A DNA stretch of 64,000 nt from Felis catus. Lineage: Eukaryota. Each line of letters begins with the position of its first letter. The first letter of the stretch is position 1. Shown piece by piece: positions 1 to 12,372 of the stretch. The position numbers and the translations under genes were made by a program. The stretch is taken from positions 10,852,001 to 10,916,000 of the forward strand of contig NC_058383.1 in assembly GCF_018350175.1 (NCBI RefSeq). The letters are read 5' to 3'. The notes beneath the pieces are model-generated. The model ran no database searches. It was not told where the DNA came from and saw nothing but the letters and a program-made list of their open reading frames with translations.

Positions 1-539
1 TGGGTCCCTGCAGCGCCATCCCGCCCCTGGCTTGGCTAGGGGTCCCAGCCCTGTCCTCCCCGGGCCCTGCCAGTTGGGGAGGGGGCCCCACGGTTCTTAG
101 AGATCCTTAGACTTGGGGGCTCCACGGAAGGAAGCCGTGGGGGGCTTCAGACTCTTCTGGAACATCGCAGAAAACCACACAGAAGCCAGTCTCTTGGCTC
201 AAACCACCCAAGCTCATGGGAACAGCCAGCACCTTTATCTGGGCTGGAATGAGATCGACTCGAAGGGTCGCTGGGCACCACGTGAACAGAAGTTTCTCGC
301 TGGCTGATAAATGCATCTTTGAGCCACGACAGTGGAGGTGTGGGGGCCAGGCACCAAGTATAGGTCAGCACGTATGGTTGACTGGCTGGACTCCATCTTT
401 CCAGCCTCCTAGGGAGGGGTCTGGCGACAAGAGGCCGCCTGGTGGGAGGTGGGGGTAGGGGACACACAGCCCTAGCCTTCTGAAGCCCCCCAGGCACGGG
501 GACTGGGACAGTCCTCTTTGGGAGCCCAGGTGTATTACT

Positions 540-1500
540 TCGTCCATGAACTGTTCCAGGGTGTCTGTGGGCTGGTGCTGGGCTTTTGATCAACACCAAG
601 TGGAAAAAAAAAAAAAAAGCCTTGCTTCATGGAGCTGACCTTCTGGTGTGGATGCAGAGAATAACGCACAAAATGTAAAGAACGTTCAATGCGTGCTCAG
701 GAGAAGCGGGGAAGCAGATGGGAGAGGTGGAGTTTATTTTTAGGGGGTTGCAACATGAGGGAGGCGGTGGCCAGTGAGGGCCTTTGAGTAATAAAGCAGG
801 CGGTAGTGAGCCAGGGGGCTAGGGAAGAGCAGTGCAGGCAGAGAGGAAAATCGCAAAGGCCCTGGGGTCACCTGCCGGGGCGTCAGAGGAAGGAGGTAGG
901 AGGGGAGGTGGAAATGGAGAGGCGGCAGATTATGTGAGGCTGGATAGAACATTGGCTTTTGCTCATTCGCTGGGAGCCAGTGCAGGCCTCTGAGCAGGGG
1001 GGAGACAGAATCCAATTTAGGACTGAACAGAGTCCCTCTGGTTGCTCGGTGAGGACAGACAGGCTAGAAGCAGGAAGAGACGGAGGGAGGTGGAAGTCAC
1101 AGCCCAGTGGTGGTGCCCCTGGCGGGAGCAGTGAGGACAGTGGGGAGTCAGCGTCTCCAGGTCTAGTTGGTAGCTAAGGCCCGCAGAACTTGCCGGAGTC
1201 CCGTCTGACCTCGGATTCCAGCTGGGCTTCTTGGAAGATAAAGGTACCAGTAACTCAGAGGTAGCCGAGACGGGGCAGGTGCAGGAGGGTTGGCGGGGGG
1301 GGGGAGGGGGGGTAGAGTGTCAGCACTTGATTTATGCCGTGTTGAGTCTGGGGTGTCATCCAGTAGCATTTGGATACACAAGTGGGGGGTCCAAGGGAGC
1401 AGTTGAACTTGAAGGATCACCTGGTGAATCAAGCCTGTCGCTAGTATTGAAAGCCCTACAACAGAATGAGATCATCAGGAGTGAGGTGAGTCGCAGGGCT
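540..1500 (+). mobile_element. Degenerate L2 LINE fragment(s)
   Basis: Purine-rich, L2-like phrases (cttgcttcatggagctgaccttctggt..., tgggagccagtgcaggcctctgagcaggg, catttggatacacaagtgg). Boundaries and strand approximate. Confidence 0.5.
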
Positions 1501-2282
1501 GTGGCCCTGGTGCCCTCCAGCAGTCCTTTGTGGGTCAGGAAGATAAGGAACTTGGCGAGAGGAAGGGGAGCCAGGACGGAGGGGTGCCCTGGAGCTGGGC
1601 GGAAAACCCCGTTTCTCCCTGGGGCAGAACCTTCTCCGCTTGTGGCTGTGAAAGCCCCACGTGGCCCAGAGACGGCTGAATATCTCGCAGAGACGTTGGG
1701 GTCAGGCTCTAAGCAGTGGTGGCTCTGCGGTGGCCCCCTCTGCAGGAGTATAGATGCCACACAAGACAGGACAGGAGAAACCGGTTGGCCCCACGCGCTC
1801 CATGAATTAGGGGAGCCCCAGGTTCCCGTTATGTGTTCTGTTCTAGTGAGCAGGTTCCCCGTGACGTCTCTGGTGTTTGGAAACGGGGAGTGTGGCAGCA
1901 GCAGAGTGGACCTTGTGTGCCGGGGGAAGGAGGACGGGTTTGCCCCACAGAGTCCTCAGCAGGTTTAAAGCAAAGGAATGACAGGGTCGGATAGACTCTT
2001 CAGAATGGTGGACAGGGCTTGCGGAGCAGGGAATGGGCTTGGGGAGGCCAGGTGGAAAGTTCTCGCCACAGTGAGAGGGGCCGTGGGCTGGGCCTGCAGC
2101 AAGCGTCTCTGGGAAAGTGGCCCATCGTGGGGACCGCCTGCATTTGTGGATGGCGTGGGGGACACAACGGGTTTGCATGGGTTTCCTGTGGCCGCTGACC
2201 CAGATCACCCAAGCTTAGGGGCTTAAAACGACACATTTCTTTTTCCCCCTTAGACTTGTAAGGGTAAGAAATCCAGAATGAT

Positions 2283-2495
2283 TCTTTTTTTTTTTTTTTT
2301 TTTAAGTTTATTTATTTTGAGAAAGAGGGAGCGTGCAGGAGGTCAGAGAGAGAAGGGGAGAGAATCCCAAGCCGTCTGCGTGCTGTCAGTGCAGAGCCGG
2401 ACGAGGGGCTCGAACTCACGAACCATGAGGTCACGACCTGAGCTGAAACCAAGAGTCAGCCGGCCACTCAAGCAACTGAGCCACCCAGGCGCCTC
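2283..2495 (-). mobile_element. Carnivore SINE (SINEC family)
   Basis: Reverse complement of the GGGGCGCCTGGGTGGCTCAG head, CT-rich region and A tail. Confidence 0.9.
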
Positions 2496-2830
2496 CCGAA
2501 ATGAGTCTTAAAGGGCTCGGGTCAGGTATCAGCAGGGCAGGTTAACTCTGGAGGCTCTGAGAGCAGAATTCTGCCTTGTCTTTCCCAGCTTCTAGAAACT
2601 GCCTCCATTACTCAGCTTGTGGCCCCCCTCTGGCTTCAGAACTCTTCACTCTGACCTCTGCTTCTCCCGGCCCAACCCCTGCCTTTGACCTTCTTGACTC
2701 CTTCTTACAAGGACTCTTGTGGTTACATTGAGGGCGCACCCAAATAATGCAGGACACCCTCCCCGTCTCAAGAGCTTTACCTTAATCACACCAGCCGGTG
2801 TCTTCAGCCCCTTAAAGAAACGTAGTCACA

Positions 2831-3045
2831 GGGGCGCCTGGGTGGCTCAGTCGGTTGAGCGTCTGACTTCGGCTCAGGTCATGATCTCAGGTCTGTGAGT
2901 TCAAGCCCCGAGTCGGGCTCTGTGCTGACAGCTTGGAGCCTGGAGCCTGCTTTGGATTCTGTGTCTCCTTCTCTCTCTGCCCCTCCCCTGTTCATGTTCT
3001 GTCTCTCTCTGTCTCAAAAATAAATAAAACATTAAAAAAAAAAAA
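2831..3045 (+). mobile_element. Full-length feline SINE (SINEC_Fc type) with TSD
   Basis: tRNA-like head, (CT)n, AATAAA/A tail. Flanked by the direct repeat aagaaacgtagtcacagg. Confidence 0.95.
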
Positions 3046-4531
3046 GAAACGTAGTCACAGGCTCCAGGGACCAGGACGAGGACAGCCTGGGGGCCGCTAC
3101 TCAGCCCGCTGTGGGGTTGAAGGCAGCTGAGGTTTCTCTCCTGAGCCAGCAGGTGGAAGGGTGGGGCCTGGGACCTGAAAAGAAAGCCCAGGAGGAGGGT
3201 CGGGTGTGAGGCTGTTTGGGGATATGCAGAATCAAAGGTGCTCCAGGAGGCAGTTGGAAGCATGGGTTTGGGGGGTGCAGGTGCAGAGACAGGGAGGAAG
3301 GACTGCAGTGTGGACAGCGTCCGAGGACCTGCTCTCCCCTCCCTGATGTGTAGAAACCAGGTTCTGAGAAGGAGTCAGCACGATCATAAGCCTGGGGTTT
3401 GGACACTCCCCCATCCCCACGTGTTTCTCTGTGCCCTCGCCTGTGCCTCAACTGCCCGAATCTGTCCGTCTTCCCAATCGGGTCTGCTCATCACGCTTAG
3501 TGCATGGCATTCTGGGCCTGGCTGGTCGTGGCCACGGTTCAGCCTAGGGCTTGACTGGCCTTGGGTCAGGGCTGTCGCTCGCCCTGTCCACTGTGTAGCT
3601 GGGATGTCAGAAGAAGGAACAGAAGAGAAGGAGGTGATGTCCCTCGGGAAGGATCATGTGTGCGGCTCGCCCCAGGATTGCCTGTCCTGGATAAACCCCC
3701 ATGAGAAAACCTGGTTCTAGATCTGCTAAGCCTGGCTGGCAGGTTCAAGCCATAGGGCTAGAGGAGGGTGTTGTGTTGTGTTTTGTTTTGTTTTGTTTTG
3801 TTTTAATTTATTATTTTTGAGAGAGAGAGAGAGAGCACAGTGGGAGAGGGGCAGAGAGAGAGAATCCCAAGCAGACTCTGTGCAGACATGGGGCTCGATC
3901 CCACGAACCGTGAGATCATGACCTGAGCTGACATCCAGAGTCGGATGCTCAACTGACTGAGCCACCGAGACGCCCCCGGGTACCTTTGTCAAAACTGAGA
4001 AATTGACGTTGATCTGTGCAACACGATTAACTACGCTGTAAGCTTTATATTTAGATTTTGTGAGTTTCTCCACTAATGTTTTTTTAGGTTCTGGAATCCA
4101 ATCTAGGATACGACGTTGCACATAGCGCTCATTTGTTTGTTTTTCTTTTTTTATATATATATATTATTTTCTTCTTTTTAAGAGAGTGCAAGTGGGGAAG
4201 GGGCAGAGAGAGAGAGAGGGAGACACAGAATCCGAAGCAGGCTCCAGGCTCTGAGCTGTCAGCACAGAGCCCGATGCGGGGCTCGAACCCACCAGCTGTG
4301 AGATCATGACCTGAGCTGAAGTCGGACGCCCAACTGACTGAGCCACCCAGGCGCCCCAATTTGTTTTTATTTTCATTCGTATTCCTGCTCATTTGTCTTC
4401 TTGTTAATAAATACTACAGTGAACGCCATGATCCCACCACCATCCATCCAAGAATTAGAACAGCACCAATAATGTGCCCCCCGCCCCAGTGCTCTCCCTC
4501 ATCCTGCCTTCCTCTCTCCCCAGAACAAATA

Positions 4532-4978
4532 CAGCCATCCCCCCTTATCTGCGGTTTCATTTTCCGCGGTTTTGGCCACCCACAGTCAACTGCGGTCCAG
4601 AAACAGATGACTGTCCTGATAGATCGTCAGAAGCTCAATAGTAGCCTAACGCTACATCACAACGCCTACATCGCTCACCTCGCCTCCTCTCCCCACGTAG
4701 GCATTTTATCATCGCACGTCATCGCAGGAAGGGGGAGTACAGTACCCTAAGATGGTTTGAGAGACCACGTTCCTGTGACTTCTACGACAGTATATTGTTC
4801 CAGTTCCATTTTATCATTATTGTGCATCTCTCACTGTGCCTGATTTGTAAATTAAACTTCATCATAGGTATGTGTGCATAGGGAGAAACCTCCAGTATAT
4901 AAGGTTCGGTACTATCCACGGCTGCAGGCATGCCCTGGGGGTCTTGGAACCCCCAAGGATTGGGCGGGGGAACCACTG
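4532..4978 (+). mobile_element. MER44-type TcMar-Tigger non-autonomous DNA transposon
   Basis: Starts ta|cagccatccccccttatctgcggtttc and ends gggggaaccactg|ta: degenerate TIRs with TA duplication. Internal sequence resembles MER44. Confidence 0.8.
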
Positions 4979-4989
4979 TATGCAGTCAC

Positions 4990-6084
4990 ACTTTGCAGAA
5001 ACTCTCTGTTTTGCACCTTGACGGTCTGGGGCAGGTCTGTGTCAGGTGAGTTGGTCGGCGCCCTCTTTCCAGTGGCATTTGCTCACATTTTGGTCATTCT
5101 TGTGATATTTCAGACGTTTTCTTTATCACATTTGTTGTGGTGATCTGTGATCAGTGATCACGCTTTGCTGAAAGCTCAGAGGATGGCTAGCGGTTTTTTT
5201 TAGTAGTAACGTGTTTTTGAGGCGCCTGGCGGTCTCTGTTGGTGGAGCGTGCAGCTCTCAATCTTGGGGTTGCGAGTTCGAGCCCCACGTCGGGTGTGGG
5301 GATTCCTTTAAAAAAAAAAAAAAAAAAAGCAGCTCTTTTTGCCCACGAGTCCTGTCCCTGTGCTTTAATAAAACCACCCTTTTTGCACTGAAAACAAAGG
5401 GGGACTAGAAAACAATAAAGTATGTTTTTAAACTTATTTAGGAAATCTTTTTAATGTTTATTTATTTTTGAGAGAGGGAGAGCGTGAGCAGGGGAGGGGC
5501 GGAGAGAGGTGGGGAGACAGAGAATCCAAAACAGGCTCCATGGGGCGCCTGGGTGACTCCCTCGGTTAAGCATCCGACTTCGGCTCAGGTGGTGATCTTC
5601 GTGGCTTATGGTTTGAGCCCCTCGTCGGGCTCTGTGCTGACAGCTCAGAGCCTGGAGCCTGCTTTGGATTCTGTGTCTCCCTCCCTCTCTGTCCCTCCCC
5701 TGCTTACGCTCTGTCTCTCTTTCTCTCTCTCTCAAAAATAAATAAACATTAAAAAAGAAATTTTTAATAAAAATATAAAAAAGCAGGCTCCACGCCATCA
5801 GTGCAAAGCCCAACACAGAGCTCGAACCCACGAACCGTGAGATCATGACCTGAGCCGAAGTCCGATGCTCAACCGGACTGAGCCACCCAGGAGCCCCTAA
5901 AGTATTTTTTAATTAAGGTGTGTCCATTGTTTTTTTTTAGACCCAATGCTATTGCACACTTCATAGACTACAGTATAAGTGTAAACATAAGGTTTATATG
6001 CACTAGGAAACCAAAAATTTCATTTGACTTGCTCGATTGCAGTGGTCTGGAACAGGACCCGCAGTATCTCCGGGCTGCACCTGT
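4990..6084 (+). mobile_element. Internally deleted Tigger1-like element interrupted by SINEs
   Basis: tgatctgtgatcagtgatc, aatgctattgcacacttcatagactacagtata and the terminal gcagtatctcc...cctgta match Tigger1 ends as recalled. Confidence 0.75.
5450..5898. mobile_element. Nested SINEs: a + strand SINE (~5542-5780) inserted into a - strand SINE
   Basis: The outer element is split at caggctcca, which appears on both sides of the inner element. Confidence 0.9.
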
Positions 6085-6600
6085 ATTTGTCATTCTCTTG
6101 TTATTTCCTCTAAAATTTGAAAAATGCAGGGAAAAAAAGAAAGAATAGTGTAATGACTGTATTATAATAGTATATCCTTTCTCTGGATTCATTATGTCTC
6201 AACACTTTGCCATGTTTCCTTCCCTTCCTCCCTCCCTCCCCTCCCCCCCCAGAGACCCTGCCCCAATTATATCTGTCTCTGTCTCTGTCTCTGTCTCTGT
6301 CTCCACTCGAAGTGAGTTGCAGACATCTTGACTCTTTCATGCCTAAATATTTCAGCACATCCCTCCCACATCTCAGAACGGTGGTGTTCTTTTACACATT
6401 CACCACGCTGTGATAACACTTAGGAAATGTAATAACTCCCTATCATTTCCTATACCGTCCGTATTCAAATTCCCCAAAAATATCTATTCTTCTTCCCCAT
6501 GATGGTTATCGCTCACAAGTCGACTTCTTTTTTTTTTTTTTTATAATTTGTTTTATGTTTGTTTATTTTTGAGAGAGACACAGAGTACGAGTGGGGAAGG

Positions 6601-6636
<36 letters not shown>

Positions 6637-8801
6637 ATCCGAAGCAGGCTGCAGGCTCCAAGCTGTCAGCACAGAACCCCAGGCGGGGCTCGAACTCACG
6701 GACGGTGAGATCATGACCTGAGCCGAAGTCGGACGCGTGACCGAGGGAGCCCCCCGGGCGCCCCCCAAGGCGACTTCTTAAGTGGCTTCGTTGTGTGCAG
6801 TGTTTGCTTAAACCAAAAGTGTTCCATCTTTGCTTGTTTTTCCCTTTTCTAAGCGAGGTCCGTCCTCATGTATCAAGTCTGGACTCGCTCTTTTCGCTTG
6901 ACCTTATGTAACATGACCCTGAAATGTGACGCTGCGCTAGTTTGTTCTCACTGCTCCATCGGTTTCCGTCCGTTCTGCTGTCCTAGGCCATTTGGGCTGT
7001 TTCCGTGGTTTTCCTGTTAAGAAGAGTGCCATTAGCGAGCGCTCTTGAACGCGCTTCCTTTCGCACACGTAAAAAGTTTCTCTTGGGTGTGTGAAATCAG
7101 GCGCCTGATCTCCCCCGGGCCCCTGAGCAGGGGACGTGGAGGGCAGCTGTCCTGCCAAGGTGGGGCCACCCGTGGCTGTCTGCCCTCTGTTCTTTTGAGA
7201 GTCTGCCTTGTGCCTGGATCGCCCGGCCCAGGCCTGGCAGAGAGGAGGGGGCCCGTGGAAGGGCTAGGAGAAGGGAGAGGAGAAATCGTTCTCCCTCCCT
7301 CCCCACCTTGCGTCTGTCCTGCTCCGAGCAGCCCCTCTCTTGCTGCCGACCCGTCGCCTTTGCCCCCTTGGGATCACGATTGTCAGTTCACAGTCACCAG
7401 TCTGGCTGCAGACCTCAAACTAGTGGAGAGAGGACACAGCTGTTGAGGGTTCTCGTACTTTGCCCCCGAGCCGAGCCGACTGCTTTGGAATTGCGTACGT
7501 AGCGTGGCTGTGATTTAATAAGCTTGGTTGCTTTCTTCCCTCAGGCAAAATTCAGTTAATCCTCAGGCTAACAGACGGCAGATTAGACACGACCAGATGA
7601 CAGCTCCTGGGGCAGACAGGAAGGAGAGCGAGACCAGTAAGCTGGAAAGAGCAGGAAGAGGGGGCAGAAATGCCCACAGGGCCGGCCTGTCCGCAAGGGA
7701 TGTCACCGCCCAGGGGACGGGGTGGGGGGTACGGGTGACCGCTGCTGGGCAGGTGCAACGGATCCCCAGGGTGACCCCTCCTCCTCCCCGCTCCGCCCCC
7801 GCCCCCGCCCTGTGTACTTGATGCATTTTAGAAAATGGCTTGTCCCCGAGAGGTACAACCAAGCCAGGGGACTTGAGAGAATAAGCATCCATCATCTGGA
7901 AGAATCTCTCATGTAAAGTTTAATTCCCTGAGACTGCAGGATAATTGAAACATTGATCTACTGATAACGTCAGCCACAACCTGTCTCTGATGACGTGAGG
8001 CCTTAAACGTTTTTATATGTGATATCACTGGATCCTCCTGGCCTGCCCGGATTCCCAGCTGAGGGATGTGGAAACAGACCCAGAGAGGTTGAATGACTTT
8101 CCAAACACCACATCACATTAGGGGTAGAATCAAGATTGCTTCACAGCCTGCTGAGCCAGGGACCGCCACCCCCCCCAAAAACCGCCTCCATCACTGGCCC
8201 TGGGGGCCCCCTTCCTCCCCACTTCATACAGACATTCAAGCAGGTATATATTTTTTTTTAACGTCTGTTTATTTATTTGGGGGGCAGAGAGAGAGGGAGA
8301 CAGAGAATCCCAAGCAGGCTCCACACTGTCAGCACAGGGCCCTATGCGGGGCCGGAACTCACGAACCGTGGTGCTTAACAGACGGAGCCACCCAGGTGCA
8401 TTGAGGGCACACACACGCCATGAGCCCTACCTGTGACTTCTCCACATGGAGAACATTCTACAATATTAGCAACCATCGGTGTCTTTTATAGCCAGCCTGG
8501 GTTCAGGGGAGCTCGGGCAGGTCCCCCCAGAATAGCTCTGCTGACTCAGGCTTCAGGGCAGTAAAACTAGCCCGTGGGCCGTGCCGGGCACGGGCATAAT
8601 GCCCCACTTGGTCCTCAGGGCAGTTGCACTCGGTTTCCCCTGTTGTGGTAGCGACCCAAAGTCCAGCGGTTCGGAGAAGTGTTCAAGGTCGTGAGCTGAT
8701 ACCAAAGGCAGGATTTGAACCCAAGCAGTCAGGTATCAGAGTCAACCACGAACTCCTGGCCTCAGGGCTGCCCTTCAGGCTCCAGAAGACCACTGGGTTT
8801 A

Positions 8802-9028
8802 GGGGCGCCTGGGTGGCTCAGTCGGTTAAGCGTCCGACTTCGGCTCAGGTCACGATCTCGCGGTCCGTGAGTTCGAGCCCCGCGTCGGGCTCTGTGCTGA
8901 CAGCTCAGAGCCTGGAGCCTGTTTCAGATTCTGTGTCTCCCTCTCTCTCTGACCCTCCCCCATTCATGCTCTGTCTCTCTCTGTCGCAAAAATAAATAAA
9001 CGTTAAAAAAAAAATTAAAAAAAAAAAA
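8802..9028 (+). mobile_element. Young full-length SINEC_Fc with TSD
   Basis: CpG-retaining body with the perfect TSD aagaccactgggttta on both sides. Confidence 0.95.
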
Positions 9029-10625
9029 AGACCACTGGGTTTATGGCCGGGGCCCCACAGGGCCCCCAGTGGTTGTATTCTCCGCCCCACCCTGTGTTCT
9101 CTGAGGCAGTTTCCTGGTCTTTGTTTTGCCCACAAGCAGACCAGACTGGGAGTGACAGCTCCCCTGGGGCCTGTGGTGCCCCAGCCAAGGCTAACTGGGG
9201 CAGCTGTCCCCACGGCAGTGCTTGAGGCAGTCCCTGGTGACCAGCAGGCCTGGCCTCGCCCTCTCCGGATGGTGAATGTAGGGTGGTGGTGGCAGAAGCC
9301 TGGCTCTGTCGGGACCCCGTCTCATGACCTGCCCGCAGCCTACCCAGAGAGCCACTTGGCTGGGCCATGCAGGCCAGCTCTCCCCCTGTGGTTGGCCTGG
9401 GCGGTCCCACCTCCTGTTTTTTCTGAGCACCCAGAGGGGCAGGGACCTCTCCCCTCCAGGCCCCACCAGAACCCACCCTCGCCTGTTTCATTCAGATATG
9501 TATCCTTTAAGAAAAATGGAACTCCCTTCCTCCAAATTAAATGAAAACAAAAAATTATTTTTTTTGTCGTAGGCTCCGTGCCCAGGGTGGGGCTTGAACT
9601 CACGACCCTGAGATCAAGACCTGAGCCGAGATCAAGAGTCAGATGCTCAACCGACCGAGGCATCCAGACACCCCCGCCCAAAAAAAAAATTTTTTTTTTT
9701 TTTAATTAAGAAAAAAACAGGGGCACCTGGGTGGCTCAGTCGGTTAAGTGCCAGGCTTCAGCTCAGATCCTGATCTCTCGGTTTGAGGGTTCAAGCCCCG
9801 CGTCGGGCTCTGTGCTGTCTGTGCGGAGTTGGCTTCACATCCTCTCTCCGCCCCCCCAACAGAAAATAAACCATTTAAAGTAATAAGTTAATATAAATTG
9901 TAATTAATATATTAATGACAAGTTGCAATTAAAATAATAAAAACAAAGAGGCGGGAGAAGCCAAGAGGCATCCTTTCTGAGGCCTGGCGCCGAGCTGAGA
10001 ATCGGGCCTGGCGGTCTGTCCACGTGGGATGTGCTGGTTACACGGCGGGAGCTGGTGTCCCCGCCACGCTCCAGAGGTGTCCGGGACACTTCCCGGTGCC
10101 ACCAGCGCCCCTCAGATGGCCCAGGTCTCGCTTTCCTGTCATGTCACCGGTCCCACCATTTCCGGCTTCCGCCCGGGACCCGAGTGTGCTGCCTCTTGGC
10201 TGACCCCTGGTGTCACTCCTCCCTGTTACCTACAGCCTGGTTTCCCTGGGCTCTCCCTGCCCAGACCAGGCAGGGTTCACACACTCATGTGCGTTGAGCA
10301 CTCACGGGAAGCCCGGGGGCGTCACACACCGCCCACGTGAGGCTGTATCCCAGGGGGCCTTGGGAGGTGCGGCGGTCACCTCCTCTGGGAAGCCCGCCCT
10401 GATTCTCTGCTGGGTTAGGATTCCCCCGTGTGCTCCCACAAGCCCTGCACTGACAGTTGTCAAGGCCAGCGGGTCACCAAGCATCCTTTACCATCCCTGC
10501 CTTGGACCACGGCTGTTTTCTGTGGTCTGCTAAATGCCCACATCCAGTGGGGGGTGGTGCTTGTGAAATACTTGTCCAAGACAAATACGGTGTCGAGACT
10601 GAGCAGAAACGCCGAGAGGGGGGAC

Positions 10626-10645
10626 GTCACGTGACCCCCACGTGG
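10626..10645. promoter_or_regulatory. Tandem E-box CACGTG-N5-CACGTG (ChoRE-type)
   Basis: gtCACGTGaccccCACGTGg: E-boxes at 10628-10633 and 10639-10644 with a 5-nt spacer. Function is untested. Confidence 0.45.
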
Positions 10646-11034
10646 CAGGGCTGGCGCGAGTCCAGCTTTGTGGCTTCAGGTTCTGTGCCCTTCCGGGGGC
10701 TGGCGTGGCCTCTGCCGGGGTGAGGGCGGTGTGAGGCTCAGGCCTGTCCTGTGCGTGTCTCTCTCCGCCCGCGTAGCCGCCGGAGCCTTGAGGCCAAGGC
10801 AGGGTGGGCGAGACACCTGTATGCACCAGAGACGGCCACAGCCACAGTGACCTCAGCTTACTGGGCTCGTCTCCCTTTCGATCCAGTTGGCTTTGTGAAG
10901 TGCGGCTGTGTCTGCCCTGCCCTGGGATCCGGATGAGACTGTGAGCTGATAGGACCGGAGACTCAGAGGCAACACCACCCTCACGGTCAACCCTTCTTTC
11001 TACAGACGGGGAAACAGATTTCAGGGAACCCAGG

Positions 11035-11180
11035 GCTCTTGGTCAGACAGACACTATTCCTGGCTCTTAGCGGCTCTGTGGTCTTGGGAGGTTACTTAAC
11101 CTCTCTGAGCCTCTGCGTCCTCAGTGGTGGTGAGGGGTGGCTGTGATCGTGTCCGGGAAAGCTGCCGGCAGAGCATGTGA
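11035..11180 (+). mobile_element. MIR fragment
   Basis: ctgtggtcttgggaggttacttaacctctctgagcctctg is a MIR core. Confidence 0.65.
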
Positions 11181-12294
11181 CACCCATTGATGGGAACCCA
11201 GGCCGTCCTTCCCTGTCCTGTGCAGAAAGCCCTGGCCACCAGAGCAGTCCCTCTGCAGAGATGGGAAGCGTCTGCAGCCTCCCCGTAGGCTCTGGGTGGC
11301 CCTTGGGTCACCAGGTTGTCCGCTGAGGACCTGGAGAAGGATCGGGTTGATTCTTGCCAATGTGGGGTCCTGAAGACCGTCTGGAAGAGCCATGTTGGGG
11401 GATGTGGGGAGAAGGAGGCTCCGAGGGGGGCTGAGTTCGGTGTCTTGGTGCGACGGATGGGGCCATCACTCCCCGAGAGGGGTACACAGGAGGAGGACGT
11501 TATCTGGGAAGCCTGATGTTTGCCACGTGTCAGGGGCACCCGGGTGGCTGGATGGTCATGGTTGGAGAGGCTTGTGCAGAACTCCGAGACACGGCAGATC
11601 CAGAGTCAGGAGCGTGGGCATGACCGGGACCACACGAGGCACAGCCGGCACTCGGGAGGCCCCAGGCGGCAGGTGAAAGAGCCCCAGGAAGAAGGGGCAT
11701 CGAGCAGTGCCAGGCAGTGCGGGCGGCCCCCACCCCGGGGTGGGGAGGGCAGAGCCAGGCGCACACCAGGCGCCGGTCCTGAGTTGGCCTCCTACGTGCA
11801 ACTGTGAAATTTTCCAGATGAAAACAGGAGTTGTTTTTCTCCACAAATCCATTCTGTCCGCTCTGCCCCACGTCGCCCAGGCCCTGGCTCCCTGCCTGCT
11901 TCCACTGCACTCCCGCCCCTGGGAGCCCAGCCAGCTCAGAGCACCCTGCCTGGAAACTCCAGCCCCCTCCCCAACCCCAGGACACAAGCCCGCAGGACCC
12001 TTCGGGCCCATCCACACCCTCCCCCACGTCCCCCTGCGCAGCCCAGTCCCTGTCTTGGGGCTCATCTGACCCGCTGCTCCTTTGGACCAAGGACAGGGTC
12101 GAGGGGAGCCGAGGGTCCAACAGCAGGTGCCCATGAAGGGCTGCCAGACAACGAGGCCAGGAACGGGCTGCCTTATACTAAGCTCGGTGGGCGGGGCCTG
12201 GCAGGGCGGCAGGGGAGGGTGCGGGTGTCGCACAGGAGCCCGTCCAGGGGCGCGCCCTTGCCGACCTTCACACCCCAACGTCTTCCTCTTGTAG

Positions 12295-12372
12295 ATGAAG
12301 ATGACGCCAACAGACTAGGGGAGAAGGTGATCCTCCGCGAGCAGGTGAAGGAGCTCTTCAATGAGAAATACG
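12295..12372 (+). CDS. GTF2IRD1: GTF2IRD1 internal coding exon (78 nt), start of the last GTF2I-like repeat
   Basis: Acceptor tcttcctcttgtag|AT and donor TACG|gtcagt. Translates (D)[25 protein letters not shown](G), recognised as GTF2IRD1 I-repeat sequence. Phase 1 at both ends. Confidence 0.97.

Larger units (their letters stand above)
2215..3110. mobile_element. MLT1-type (ERVL-MaLR) solo LTR interrupted by two SINEs
   Basis: ggcttaaaacgacacattt ... ctctggaggctctgagagcagaattctgccttgtctttcccagcttctaga ... aaggactcttgtggttacattgaggg, all typical of MLT1. Confidence 0.7.

Noticed and set aside
1231..1968. 245-aa ORF on the + strand
   Set aside because: Non-ATG start, overlaps L2-like sequence, no recognisable domain; a GC-rich chance ORF.
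11530..12278. Overlapping 196-aa and 240-aa minus-strand ORFs
   Set aside because: Low-complexity Gly/Pro/Arg/Trp content typical of GC-rich intron; no homology recognised.
1..12294. The preceding GTF2IRD1 micro-exon (PFQGLIPKP as recalled) and other upstream exons
   Set aside because: Not found by eye; they probably lie upstream of the window, making this whole stretch intronic.
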